Shown in pieces: positions 1 to 8,295 of a stretch of DNA of 32,000 bases; position 1 is the first letter of the stretch; each line of letters starts with the position of its first letter. The DNA is from Cereibacter sphaeroides 2.4.1 (GTDB taxonomy: Bacteria; Pseudomonadota; Alphaproteobacteria; Rhodobacterales; Rhodobacteraceae). The stretch covers positions 2,910,001-2,942,000 of the forward strand of contig NC_007493.2 of the NCBI RefSeq assembly GCF_000012905.2. The letters run 5' to 3'. The position numbers and the translations under genes are program-made. The notes under the pieces are model-generated. The model was not told where the DNA came from. It ran no database searches and saw only the letters and a program-made list of their open reading frames with translations.

Positions 1-1175
1 ACCACATAGCGCATCGGGCGCAGGCCGTTGCGGTCGAGCCCGCCGCAGACCCAGCGGCCGTCGGTCATGGCCAGCGCCGCCGGCCCGTCCCACGGCTCCA
101 TCACCGCGTTGCAATAGGCATACATGTCCGCCCATGCCTTCGGCATGTCGGTCGTGGTCTTCGACCAGGCTTCCGGCACCATCATGGTCTTGACCATCGG
201 CGCCGAGCGGCCCGAGCGCACCATGACTTCGAAGACGGCATCGAGCGCGCCCGAGTCGGACGAGCCCTGCGGGACGATCGGCTTGATGTCCTCGGCCGCA
301 TCCCCGAAGGCCGAGGAGGCCATGCGGATCTCGTGGCTCTTCATCCAGTTGATGTTGCCCTTCAGCGTGTTGATCTCGCCGTTGTGGGCGAGCATGCGGA
401 AGGGCTGCGCCAGCCACCATTGCGGGAAGGTGTTGGTGGAATAGCGCTGGTGGTAGATCGCGAACGAGCTTTCGAACCGCTCGTCCTGCAGGTCGGGGTA
501 GAAGGTGGCGACCTGCTCGGCCAGCATCATCCCCTTGTAGATGATCGACCGGCACGACAGCGAGCAGAGGTAGAGCCCCTGGATCGAGCCCGCCTGCGCC
601 GCCTTCTCGATCCGGCGGCGGATGATGTAGAGCTCGCGCTCGAACTGCTCGTCGTCGATGTCCTTCTCGCAGCGGATCAGGATCTGCTCGATCTCGGGGC
701 GCGTGGCATTGGCCTTCTCGCCGAGGACGGAGGTGTCCACCGGCACATGGCGCCAGCCGTAGATGTAATGGCCCATGCGCAGCACTTCGGACTCGACGAT
801 GGTCCGGCAGCGTTCCTGGCCGGAGAGGTCCGTGCGCGGCAGGAAGACCTGACCCACGGCCACGAGCTTGTGCATGTCGGGCTCGTGGCCGGTGCGGCGG
901 ATCTGGTCGTAGAAGAACTTGACCGGGATCTGGACATGGATGCCCGCGCCGTCGCCGGTCTTGCCGTCGGCATCGACCGCGCCCCGGTGCCAGACGGCCT
1001 TCAGCGCGGCGATGCCGCTCTCGACGACCTTCCGCGACGGCGTGCCCGAGATCGAGACGACGAGGCCCACGCCGCAGGAGGCATGCTCGTCCTCGGCCTT
1101 GTAGAGTCCGTTCGCGTCCAGCCAGGCCCGCTTCGCCTCTTCGGCTTTCACCCAGGCTTCATCATAGATCGTCAT
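1..1175 (-). CDS. gltB: Glutamate synthase large subunit, N-terminal part (gene runs off the left edge)
   Basis: Reverse-strand translation from the ATG at 1175-1173 reads MTIYDEAWVKAEEAKRAWLDANGLYKAEDEHASCGVGLVVSISGTPSRKVVE ... IYHQRYSTNTFPQWWLAQPFRMLAHNGEINTLK. This shows a propeptide, the catalytic Cys (CGVG) and the class-II glutamine amidotransferase signature of GltB. The frame is open to position 1. It is absent from the ORF track because it has no stop inside the window. Confidence 0.93.
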   Translation of the reverse strand, partial: MTIYDEAWVKAEEAKRAWLDANGLYKAEDEHASCGVGLVVSISGTPSRKVVESGIAALKAVWHRGAVDADGKTGDGAGIHVQIPVKFFYDQIRRTGHEPDMHKLVAVGQVFLPRTDLSGQERCRTIVESEVLRMGHYIYGWRHVPVDTSVLGEKANATRPEIEQILIRCEKDIDDEQFERELYIIRRRIEKAAQAGSIQGLYLCSLSCRSIIYKGMMLAEQVATFYPDLQDERFESSFAIYHQRYSTNTFPQWWLAQPFRMLAHNGEINTLKGNINWMKSHEIRMASSAFGDAAEDIKPIVPQGSSDSGALDAVFEVMVRSGRSAPMVKTMMVPEAWSKTTTDMPKAWADMYAYCNAVMEPWDGPAALAMTDGRWVCGGLDRNGLRPMRYV

Positions 1176-1178
1176 GGC

Positions 1179-1616
1179 TCACTCCTCTGGGCTGGCTGGA
1201 AGCGTGGCGAGAAACTCGGCTTCCGTCATCTGGTGGGTCGGACCGGCAAAACTCCAGGCGTCGGGCTTGCGGTCGATGTAGATCTCGTGGGCGAGGCGGA
1301 TGCCGCTCAGGTCATCCAGAAGCCCCGCCGCCATGTAGTAGTCGCGCGGCATTCCCGGTCCGGTCAGCCGATACCAGAGCGTCGAGCCGCAGCTGCCGCA
1401 GAAGCAGCGCTCGGCCCAGGCCGACGAGGCATAGGCCTTCACATGTTCGGCGCCGGTCACGGTCATGGCGGCCTCGGGCACCATCATCGTGACGAAGGCC
1501 GAGCCGGTCCAGCGGCGGCACATCTCGCAATGGCAGGCGCCGATCTCGTGCGAGACGGTCGCCACGGCGATCTGCACCCCGCCGCAGAGGCAGTGTCCGG
1601 TCCGGTCAGCGGTCAT
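1179..1616 (-). CDS. GFA (glutathione-dependent formaldehyde-activating / CENP-V-like) family zinc protein, 145 aa
   Basis: Track ORF 1179..1616. The Cys pattern CLCGG ... CHCEMCRRWTGS ... CFCGSCGSTLWY is typical of the GFA fold. Its stop at 1179-1181 lies 3 nt before the gltB ATG. Its ATG at 1616 overlaps the upstream gene's stop by 11 nt. Confidence 0.8.
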   Translation of the reverse strand: MTADRTGHCLCGGVQIAVATVSHEIGACHCEMCRRWTGSAFVTMMVPEAAMTVTGAEHVKAYASSAWAERCFCGSCGSTLWYRLTGPGMPRDYYMAAGLLDDLSGIRLAHEIYIDRKPDAWSFAGPTHQMTEAEFLATLPASPEE

Positions 1617-2340
1617 GGCGCACCTTCACGATCAGGCCGTCCTCGGGCGCCTGCGACAGGATCGCGTCGCAGTCGAAGATCGGCTCGGTGGCAAGAAAGC
1701 CCGGCTCGCCGGGGAAGACGAAATCGACGGGGCTGCCGTCCACGGGCAGCGAGCCCCCGGTGCCGTCGCTCCACCGGGTCGGGCCGGCGAAGAAGAGACG
1801 CCATTCGGGATGGATATATTCGTTCCCCTGCGCCTGCCGCAGGACCGTACCGCCGATGCTCGTCTCGGTGAATTCGAACTCGGTCTCCTGAAGCACGATC
1901 CCGTCGATGGTGAAGCTTCGGCCGGTCAGCCGGTCGTAGCCGGTCACGCGGCTCCGCTCGCCCGTGCTGCGGGTCAGGCCGAAATCATAGCTGTCCGCCC
2001 CGCTCAGGAGCTCGGTGAAGGAGGCCGGATCGGCCGGGTTCGGGTCGAGCGCCTGCCGCACGGTGGGGAACATCTCGTAGCTCTCGACCCACTGCGCCTC
2101 GCGGTCGATGTGGGAGGAGAAGAAGATGCCTTCCTGATCGAAGTCCACGCGCCACTTGTCGCCCGCAGGATCCTTGTCGCAGCGGTAGTGGTGCGACACG
2201 CGGCAGCCGCGCGACTGCACGGTGAGAAAGGCGGTGCAGCCCTCGGGCGGCGTGAAGGTCCGCCCGGAGCCGAAAGCGGGGGCGGCCGCGATCAGCGCGA
2301 GCCCTCCCGCCAGGATCTTCGTCAGAAGCGTCATGCCCAT
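1606..2340 (-). CDS. Hypothetical secreted/periplasmic protein, 244 aa, with a signal peptide
   Basis: This is the C-terminal 244 codons of track ORF 1606..3717. The ATG at 2340 (MGMTLLTKILAGGLALIAAAPAFG/SGRTF) is preceded by GAGGTG about 8 nt upstream. It has a hydrophobic signal sequence with an AxG-type cleavage region and four Cys in the mature part. I recognise no family. The upstream 459 codons of the track ORF overlap gltD in another frame and are spurious. Confidence 0.65.
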   Translation of the reverse strand: MGMTLLTKILAGGLALIAAAPAFGSGRTFTPPEGCTAFLTVQSRGCRVSHHYRCDKDPAGDKWRVDFDQEGIFFSSHIDREAQWVESYEMFPTVRQALDPNPADPASFTELLSGADSYDFGLTRSTGERSRVTGYDRLTGRSFTIDGIVLQETEFEFTETSIGGTVLRQAQGNEYIHPEWRLFFAGPTRWSDGTGGSLPVDGSPVDFVFPGEPGFLATEPIFDCDAILSQAPEDGLIVKVRHDR

Positions 2341-2429
2341 GGTCCCATCACCTCGCGCCCGGCCTCTCCAGAGGCCCGGCCCGCACCGGCCGCCCGGGAC
2401 CTTCCGGGCGGTCGCATCCAGCAGAGGCG

Positions 2430-3857
2430 CTATTCGGCCGCGACGACAGCCGGCTGCGCCAGATAGTCGAGGATCGACTGCGCCGCATCGCGGCCGTCGC
2501 GGATCGCCCAGACGACGAGGCTCGCGCCCCGCACGATGTCGCCCACGGCATAGACGCCGGGAAGGCTCGTGGCATGGGTGCGGAAGTCGGCCTTGATCGT
2601 GCCCCAGCGGGTCACGGTCAGGTCGGGCACGCCCCAGAGTGTCGGCAGATCCTCGGGCTCGAACCCGAGCGCCATGATCGCGAGATCGGCAGGCTCGACA
2701 TAGTCGGCGCCCTCGATGATCTCGGGCATCTGCCGCCCCGTCGCATCCGGCTCGCCGAGCCGCATCTTCTGCACGATCACGCCCTCGACCGCATCGCCCG
2801 CAATGAAGCCGCGCGGCGCCGAGAGCCAGACGAACTCCACGCCCTCCTCCTCGGCATTGGCCACCTCGCGCTGCGACCCCGGCATGTTGGCCCGGTCGCG
2901 ACGGTAGAGACACTTCACGCTGGTGGCGCCCTGCCGGATCGCGGTGCGGACGCAGTCCATGGCCGTGTCGCCGCCGCCGATCACCACGACGCGCTTGCCG
3001 TTGGCATCGAGGCCGTCGTCGTCCACCTCGTCGCCGAAGCTGCGGCGGTTCGAGGCGGTGAGGTAGGAGAGCGCCTGCACCACGCCTGCCGAGCCCACAC
3101 CGGGGGCCGCGAGGTCGCGCTGCTTGTAGACGCCGGTCGCGATCAGCACCGCATCGTGCTGGCCGCGGATCGCATCGAAGCTCAGATCCTCGCCCACGTT
3201 GCAGTTCAGCACGAACTGGACGCCCGCCTGCTCGAGCTGCTCGACGCGGCGCGCGACCACGTCCTTCTCGAGCTTGAAGCCGGGGATGCCGTAGGTCAGC
3301 AGGCCGCCCGCGCGGTCGTAGCGGTCGTAGACCGTGACCTGAAGGCCCGCCCGGCGCAGCGCGTCGGCCGCGGCGAGGCCGCCCGGGCCCGCACCGATGA
3401 TACCGACCGACTCCGACCGCTCGTAGGCGGGCTTGCCCGGCACGACCCAGCCGTTTTCCCAAGCGGTGTCGGTGATGTATTTCTCGACGGCGCCGATGGT
3501 GACGGTGCCGTGGCCCGACTGCTCGATCACGCAGTTCCCCTCGCAGAGACGGTCCTGCGGACAGATCCGGCCGCAGATCTCGGGGAAGGTGTTGGTGGCC
3601 TGGCTGATCTCGTAGGCTTCCTGAAGCCGGCCCGTCGCGGTCAGGCGCAGCCAGTCGGGAATGTTGTTGTGCAGCGGGCAGTGCGACTGGCAGAAGGGCA
3701 CGCCGCACTGGCTGCACCGGCTCGATTGCTCGGCGGCCGTGGCCGCGGCGAACTCGCGGTAGATCTCGTGAAAGTCCTGAGAACGCAGCGAAGCCGGACG
3801 TTTCTCGGGGGTCTCCCTCGCCATCTTGACGAACTGGAGCATCGGTTCTTTTGCCAT
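2430..3857 (-). CDS. gltD: Glutamate synthase small subunit (NADPH), 475 aa
   Basis: MAKEPMLQFVKMARETPEKRP ... CSQCGVPFCQSHCPLHNNIPDWL ... CPQDRLCEGNC (Fe-S cluster cysteines), followed by GIIGAGPGGLAAA and VVVIGGGDTAMDC dinucleotide folds. The ATG at 3857 has GGAGGG upstream. The longer track ORF (to 4361) is an N-terminal overextension. Confidence 0.95.
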   Translation of the reverse strand: MAKEPMLQFVKMARETPEKRPASLRSQDFHEIYREFAAATAAEQSSRCSQCGVPFCQSHCPLHNNIPDWLRLTATGRLQEAYEISQATNTFPEICGRICPQDRLCEGNCVIEQSGHGTVTIGAVEKYITDTAWENGWVVPGKPAYERSESVGIIGAGPGGLAAADALRRAGLQVTVYDRYDRAGGLLTYGIPGFKLEKDVVARRVEQLEQAGVQFVLNCNVGEDLSFDAIRGQHDAVLIATGVYKQRDLAAPGVGSAGVVQALSYLTASNRRSFGDEVDDDGLDANGKRVVVIGGGDTAMDCVRTAIRQGATSVKCLYRRDRANMPGSQREVANAEEEGVEFVWLSAPRGFIAGDAVEGVIVQKMRLGEPDATGRQMPEIIEGADYVEPADLAIMALGFEPEDLPTLWGVPDLTVTRWGTIKADFRTHATSLPGVYAVGDIVRGASLVVWAIRDGRDAAQSILDYLAQPAVVAAE

Positions 3858-4021
3858 GCGGAGCCCTCCCTCGAGGCCGACTGCGGGGTGCGGTCGTGTT
3901 ACTCCAGGTCCGGCGGGCATAAAAGTCAGCAAGGCTGACCTATTTGTCGATTTTTCGCTGACGCGGACCTGATGCCGCGCAATTTCCGCAGATTTTAGGT
4001 CAGCTCCACTGACCCAACCCC

Positions 4022-4828
4022 TCAGTAGCCTGCCAGCAATGCCGCCAGAGCCACCGATCCCACTGCGATTCGCCACCAGCCGAACAGCGCGTAGCCATGC
4101 CGGCTCACATAGCCGAGCAGCCAGCGCACCACGAGAACCGCCGCCACGAAGGCTGCCACGAAGCCTACCGCAATCTCGCCCAGAGCCGAAGCGTCCAGCA
4201 CGTCGCGGTTCTTGAAGAGGTCGAAGGCGAAGGCGCCGGCCATGGTGGGCATGGAGAGGAAGAAGGAGAACTCCGCCGCCGCGCGCTTGCCCGCGCCCAG
4301 CATCAGCCCCCCGACGATGGTCGCGCCCGACCGCGACACGCCCGGCACCATGGCGAGACACTGGATGAAGCCGATCTTCAGCGCCACGTTCAGCGGCAGG
4401 TCCATCGCATCGTCATAGCGGGGCTCCGGCGCCATCCGGTCGACGAAGAGCAGCACGATCCCCCCGAGGATCAGCATGGTCGCGATGAGGATCGGCGTCT
4501 CGAACAGCACCGCCTTGATGAAGCCGTGCGCAAGCACGCCGATCACCACCGCGGGCAGGAAGGCCACCAGCACCGCCACGAGAAAACGGAAGGCCCTCGG
4601 GTCGTGCGGCGCGGCCCGGATCACCGAGACGAGCTTGGCGGCATAGACCGTCAGCACCGCCAGCACCGCACCGAGCTGGATCACCACCTCGAAGCTGCGC
4701 CCCGCGCTTTCAAATCCAAGGAAGTGCCCGGCCAGCAGCAGGTGCCCCGTCGAGGAGACGGGAATGAACTCTGTCAGGCCTTCCAGCAGTCCCAGAACAA
4801 GAGCGACCAAAGTCGTCGAGTCCAGCAT
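4022..4828 (-). CDS. uppP: Undecaprenyl-diphosphate phosphatase (BacA/UppP), 268 aa
   Basis: Track ORF 4022..4828. The N-terminus [19 protein letters not shown] and the internal [10 protein letters not shown] motif are BacA family signatures. The protein is polytopic and hydrophobic. Confidence 0.93.
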   Translation of the reverse strand: MLDSTTLVALVLGLLEGLTEFIPVSSTGHLLLAGHFLGFESAGRSFEVVIQLGAVLAVLTVYAAKLVSVIRAAPHDPRAFRFLVAVLVAFLPAVVIGVLAHGFIKAVLFETPILIATMLILGGIVLLFVDRMAPEPRYDDAMDLPLNVALKIGFIQCLAMVPGVSRSGATIVGGLMLGAGKRAAAEFSFFLSMPTMAGAFAFDLFKNRDVLDASALGEIAVGFVAAFVAAVLVVRWLLGYVSRHGYALFGWWRIAVGSVALAALLAGY

Positions 4829-4860
4829 GATCGCTCCGTCTTGTTCGGTCCGGGCTCGGC

Positions 4861-5847
4861 TCAGGTCTTGCGCAGGTTCCGCGCCGAAGCCTTGATCGAG
4901 GCATATTGCCCCGACGGCCGGAAGCTCCAGAGATATTCCGGCAGCACGGCCTCCATCGCGGTGGGCGAGATGCCGAGATCGGCGAGGCCCTTGGCGTCGG
5001 GGGCCACGATATTGTCGCGGCGGAGGTTGCGCACCTGATCGCGGGTCAGGGTCTTGTTGGCCAGCAGCCCGAAGGTCGCCGTCTGCACCAGATCCAGCGC
5101 GCCGCCGATCAGGTTCGCGACCCAGAAGGGCACGTTCACGATCAGCTTGCGCCGCTCGACCACGCGCAGAAGCATCTTCATCAGGTCGCGGAAGGTCTCC
5201 ACATCCGGGCCGCCCAGTTCGTAGGTGCCCGGCGCCGCCCGGCCGAGGACGCCCGCCACCGCCGCCTGCGCCACGTCATCGACGAAGACCGGCTGGAATT
5301 TCGTCGCGCCGCCGACGACCGGCAGCACCGGACTGAAGCGCGTCATCTGGGCGAAGCGGTTGAAGAAATCGTCCTCGGGTCCGAAGATCACCGACGGACG
5401 CAGGATCACCGCCCGCGGGAAGGCCTCGCGCACGGCCGCCTCGCCTGCGGCCTTGGTGCGGCCATAGGCGCTCGGCGACTGCGCATCGGCGCCGATGGCC
5501 GACAGCTGCACCAGCGTCTGCACGCCCTCGGCGGCGGCGATCCGCGCCACGCGGGCGGCGCCTTCGGCCTGCACCGACTGGAATCGGTTCTTGCCGCTTT
5601 CGGCAAGGATCCCCACGCAGTTCACCACCGCATCCGCGCCGTGCATGACGGCGCGCACCGAGGCATCGTCGCGGATGTTGCAGAAGACGGGCTCCACCTG
5701 CCCCACGACACCGTAGGGCTTGACGAACAGCGCCTCGTTCGGACGGCGAACGGCCACGCGCACGCGCCAGCCTTCCTGGGCCATCCGGCGGGCGATGTAA
5801 CGTCCCACGAAGCCCGACCCGCCGTAGATCGTCACAAGCTTGCTCAT
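4861..5847 (-). CDS. NAD(P)H-binding, complex I NDUFA9-like / NmrA-type epimerase family protein, 328 aa
   Basis: [22 protein letters not shown] carries the Rossmann GxxGxxG motif, and YGRTKAAGE carries the YxxxK motif. The ATG at 5847 was fixed by codon count from the stop at 4861. The track ORF extends spuriously to 6123, across the tRNA on the other strand. Confidence 0.85.
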   Translation of the reverse strand: MSKLVTIYGGSGFVGRYIARRMAQEGWRVRVAVRRPNEALFVKPYGVVGQVEPVFCNIRDDASVRAVMHGADAVVNCVGILAESGKNRFQSVQAEGAARVARIAAAEGVQTLVQLSAIGADAQSPSAYGRTKAAGEAAVREAFPRAVILRPSVIFGPEDDFFNRFAQMTRFSPVLPVVGGATKFQPVFVDDVAQAAVAGVLGRAAPGTYELGGPDVETFRDLMKMLLRVVERRKLIVNVPFWVANLIGGALDLVQTATFGLLANKTLTRDQVRNLRRDNIVAPDAKGLADLGISPTAMEAVLPEYLWSFRPSGQYASIKASARNLRKT

Positions 5848-5953
5848 CTTCCGTCCTCGCCCGGCATGGTCATCAAAGATTGCCCCTTCCCATAACTTTA
5901 CGGGGGCTGCGGAACAAGCGCCAATGAGCTTCGCCTTTTTTCGTGACACCCCG

Positions 5954-5980
5954 TTGACACTGCCGAATCCCCCATATAAA
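5954..5980 (+). promoter_or_regulatory. Candidate sigma70-type promoter for tRNA-Leu
   Basis: TTGACA at 5954-5959 is followed 15-17 nt later by the AT-rich block CATATAAAT (5973-5981). The tRNA 5' end lies about 19 nt further on. The exact -10 hexamer is ambiguous. Confidence 0.4.
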
Positions 5981-5998
5981 TCGCCCCTCACGACACCT

Positions 5999-6083
5999 GC
6001 CCAGGTGGCGGAATTGGTAGACGCGCACGGTTCAGGTCCGTGTGCCGCAAGGCGTGGAGGTTCGAGTCCTCTCCTGGGCACCA
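5999..6083 (+). tRNA. tRNA-Leu, anticodon CAG, class II (long variable arm), CCA encoded
   Basis: Hand-folded. The acceptor is GCCCAGG/CCTGGGC. The D arm is GCG-GAATTGGTAGA-CGC. The anticodon stem is CACGG/CCGTG with loop TTCAGGT. The variable arm is 13 nt (TGCCGCAAGGCGT). The T arm is GGAGG-TTCGAGT-CCTCT, followed by discriminator A and CCA. Total length is 85 nt. Confidence 0.95.
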
Positions 6084-6085
6084 TC

Positions 6086-6111
6086 GATCCTTCGTGCCAA
6101 TTCGAAGGATC
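6086..6111 (+). promoter_or_regulatory. Stem-loop in the tRNA-Leu 3' trailer that contains the RBS of the next gene
   Basis: GATCCTTCG (6086-6094) pairs perfectly with CGAAGGATC (6103-6111) around an 8-nt loop. No U-run follows. AAGGA (6105-6109), the only Shine-Dalgarno candidate for the GTG at 6117, lies inside the 3' arm. Confidence 0.5.
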
Positions 6112-6116
6112 AGGCA

Positions 6117-6731
6117 GTGACAATCCATCTGCATCGCAACGACCTGCCGGACGGTCTCGTCCTCGGCCCGGTCGTGGCCATCGACACCGAGACCATGGGC
6201 CTCGACCCGCGGCGCGACCGTCTCTGCGTCGTTCAGCTCTCGGCGGGCGACGGCGATGCGCATCTGGTGCAGATCGAGCGCGGTCAGACCAGCGCCCCCA
6301 ATCTCGAGCGTCTTCTGACCGACCCGCAGGTGCTGAAGCTGTTCCATTTCGGCCGGTTCGACATCGCCGCGCTGAAGCGGGCCTTCGGCGTGCGCACCGA
6401 GCCCGTCTGGTGCACCAAGATCGCTTCGAAGATGGTGCGAACCTTCACCGATCGGCACGGGCTGAAATATCTGTTGCTCGAACTGGTCGGCGTGGACGTC
6501 TCGAAGCAGCAGCAGACCTCCGACTGGGGCGCGGCCGAGCTGACGGATGCGCAGAAGGACTATGCCGCCTCCGACGTGCTCCATCTGCACCGGCTCAAGG
6601 ACGAGCTGGAGGCACGGCTGCTGCGCGAGGGCCGGATGGAACTGGCGCAACGCTGTTTCGATTTCCTTCCCACGCGGGCAGAGCTCGACCTCATGGGCTG
6701 GGACGAACCGAATGACATCTTCCACCACTGA
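6117..6731 (+). CDS. rnd: Short RNase D-like DEDDy 3'-5' exonuclease, 204 aa
   Basis: VTIHLHRNDLPDGL ... VAIDTETMGL (ExoI) ... KLFHFGRFDIAAL (ExoII) ... YAASDVLHLHRL (ExoIII, YxxxD). GTG at 6117 is chosen as the start. The ATG at 6042 and the other in-frame upstream start codons lie inside the tRNA, and the next Met is inside the ExoI motif. Confidence 0.85.
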   Translation: MTIHLHRNDLPDGLVLGPVVAIDTETMGLDPRRDRLCVVQLSAGDGDAHLVQIERGQTSAPNLERLLTDPQVLKLFHFGRFDIAALKRAFGVRTEPVWCTKIASKMVRTFTDRHGLKYLLLELVGVDVSKQQQTSDWGAAELTDAQKDYAASDVLHLHRLKDELEARLLREGRMELAQRCFDFLPTRAELDLMGWDEPNDIFHH

Positions 6732-7677
6732 CTTTCTCGCGACCGCCCGGCGGGTGATCGAGGCCGAGACCACGGCCCTCACGATGCTGGGCGCGAGCCT
6801 CGACGACAGTTTCGGCGCTGCGGTCGAGACGATCCTGCGCGCCCGCGGGCGCGTGATCGTCTCGGGCATGGGCAAGTCGGGCCATATCGGGCGCAAGATC
6901 ACCGCGACCCTCGCCTCGACCGGCACGCCTGCGCAGTTCGTCCATCCGGCCGAAGCCAGCCATGGCGATCTCGGCATGGTCACGCGGGACGATGTCGCGC
7001 TGGTGCTGTCGAATTCGGGCGAGACGCCCGAGCTGGCCGACATCATCGCCCACACGCGGCGCTTCGACATTCCGCTGATCGGCGTCGCGAGCCGCGCCCA
7101 GTCCACGCTGCTGCGCCAGTCCGACGTGGCCCTGCTGCTGCCGCCCGCCCCCGAGGCCTGCGGCAACGGCATCGTGCCCACCTCCTCGACCACGATGACG
7201 CTGGCCCTGGGCGATGCGCTGGCCGTGGCGCTGATGGAGCACCGCCAGTTCACGCCCGAGCATTTCCGCGTCTTCCATCCGGGCGGCAAGCTCGGGGCGC
7301 GGCTCGCGCGCGTGGCCGATCTCATGCACCGCGACCTGCCGCTGGTTGCGATGGGCACCTCGATGGGCGAGGCCCTCATCACCATGAGCCGCCTCGGGTT
7401 CGGCGTCCTCGGCGTCACCGGACCCGAGGGCCGGCTTGCGGGAATCATCACCGACGGCGACCTCCGCCGTCATCTCGACGGGCTTCTGTCGCTCTCTGTC
7501 GAAGATGTGATGACGCGCCACCCTCTCACCATCGCCCCCGACGCTCTGGCCGAGAAGGCCGTGGCGGTCATGAACGGCCGCAAGATCACGTCGCTCTTCG
7601 TGGTCGATCCCGAGGGGTCGGGCGCGGCGGAGGGGCTGATCCATATTCACGACTGCCTCCGCGCCGGAGTGGCCTGA
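6712..7677 (+). CDS. kdsD: KpsF/GutQ-family arabinose-5-phosphate isomerase (SIS + tandem CBS), 321 aa
   Basis: MTSSTTDFLATARRVIEAE ... GRVIVSGMGKSGHIGRKITATLASTGTPAQFVHPAEASHGDLGM forms the SIS domain. Two CBS repeats lie at the C-terminus. The ATG at 6712 overlaps the rnd-like stop by 20 nt. The gene sits directly upstream of lptC. Confidence 0.9.
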   Translation: MTSSTTDFLATARRVIEAETTALTMLGASLDDSFGAAVETILRARGRVIVSGMGKSGHIGRKITATLASTGTPAQFVHPAEASHGDLGMVTRDDVALVLSNSGETPELADIIAHTRRFDIPLIGVASRAQSTLLRQSDVALLLPPAPEACGNGIVPTSSTTMTLALGDALAVALMEHRQFTPEHFRVFHPGGKLGARLARVADLMHRDLPLVAMGTSMGEALITMSRLGFGVLGVTGPEGRLAGIITDGDLRRHLDGLLSLSVEDVMTRHPLTIAPDALAEKAVAVMNGRKITSLFVVDPEGSGAAEGLIHIHDCLRAGVA

Positions 7678-7680
7678 GCC

Positions 7681-8295
7681 ATGGCGCCCCCGCGGCCCGA
7701 CAACCTTCATTCGCGGCTGGTCTCCTGGCTGAAGGTCGTCCTGCCGCTGGCGGCGCTGGCGATCCTGTCGACGCTGTTCCTCGTGGCACGGACCATCAAT
7801 CCCGACGACGCGATTCCCTATGCCGATGTGGATGTGGCCGACCGGGTCCGCGAGCCGCGGATCACCGCGCCCACCTGGGCCGGGATCACCAGCGACGGTG
7901 CGGCGCTCAGCGTCGAGGCCGCCGCGGCCCGTCCGGGACAGTCGCCCGGCGAGGAGGGTCGGGCCGCCGCCCTGCGCGCGCGGATCGACACGCCCGACGG
8001 CGCAAGCGCCACGATGGCGGCCGAGACCGGCGCGCTCGACAGCGATGCACGGCTCCTGCGGCTGGGTGGCGGGGTGGAAGTGACCACCTCCACCGGCTAC
8101 CATCTGACGACCGAGGCGGTGACCGCCGATCTCGATGCGACCGACGTGCGCTCCGACAGCGCGCTCGACGCCACCGGCCCGCTCGGCCGGATCGAGGCCG
8201 GCTCGATGCGCCTGACCGAGGATCCCGAAGCCGCCGGCAGCTATGTGCTGACCTTCGGGAATCGCGTGAAGCTGATATACGATCCGAAGAAGTGA
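7681..8295 (+). CDS. lptC: LPS export system periplasmic anchor protein LptC, 204 aa
   Basis: It has a single N-terminal TM helix (LVSWLKVVLPLAALAILSTLFLVA) followed by a beta-rich periplasmic domain. It sits between kdsD and lptA, and its stop is coupled to the lptA start. The call rests on position, size and topology rather than on a strong motif. Confidence 0.75.
   Translation: MAPPRPDNLHSRLVSWLKVVLPLAALAILSTLFLVARTINPDDAIPYADVDVADRVREPRITAPTWAGITSDGAALSVEAAAARPGQSPGEEGRAAALRARIDTPDGASATMAAETGALDSDARLLRLGGGVEVTTSTGYHLTTEAVTADLDATDVRSDSALDATGPLGRIEAGSMRLTEDPEAAGSYVLTFGNRVKLIYDPKK

Noticed and set aside
2341-3717. The upstream 459 codons of the 703-aa track ORF 1606-3717
   Set aside because: This part overlaps gltD in a different frame and reads as Arg/Gly/Pro/Ala junk. 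Only the last 244 codons, from the ATG at 2340 with an RBS and a signal peptide, look like a real protein.
6042-6116. ATG at 6042 as the start of the RNase D-like gene
   Set aside because: It lies inside the tRNA-Leu gene, so the first 14 codons would be tRNA sequence. GTG at 6117 with an AAGGA RBS gives the expected N-terminus (TIHLHRNDLP) for short RNase D proteins.
5999-6731. tRNA-Leu as an integration site for a genomic island
   Set aside because: No integrase, no direct repeat of the tRNA 3' end and no compositional shift occur downstream. The flanking genes (RNase D-like, kdsD, lptCAB) are core housekeeping genes.
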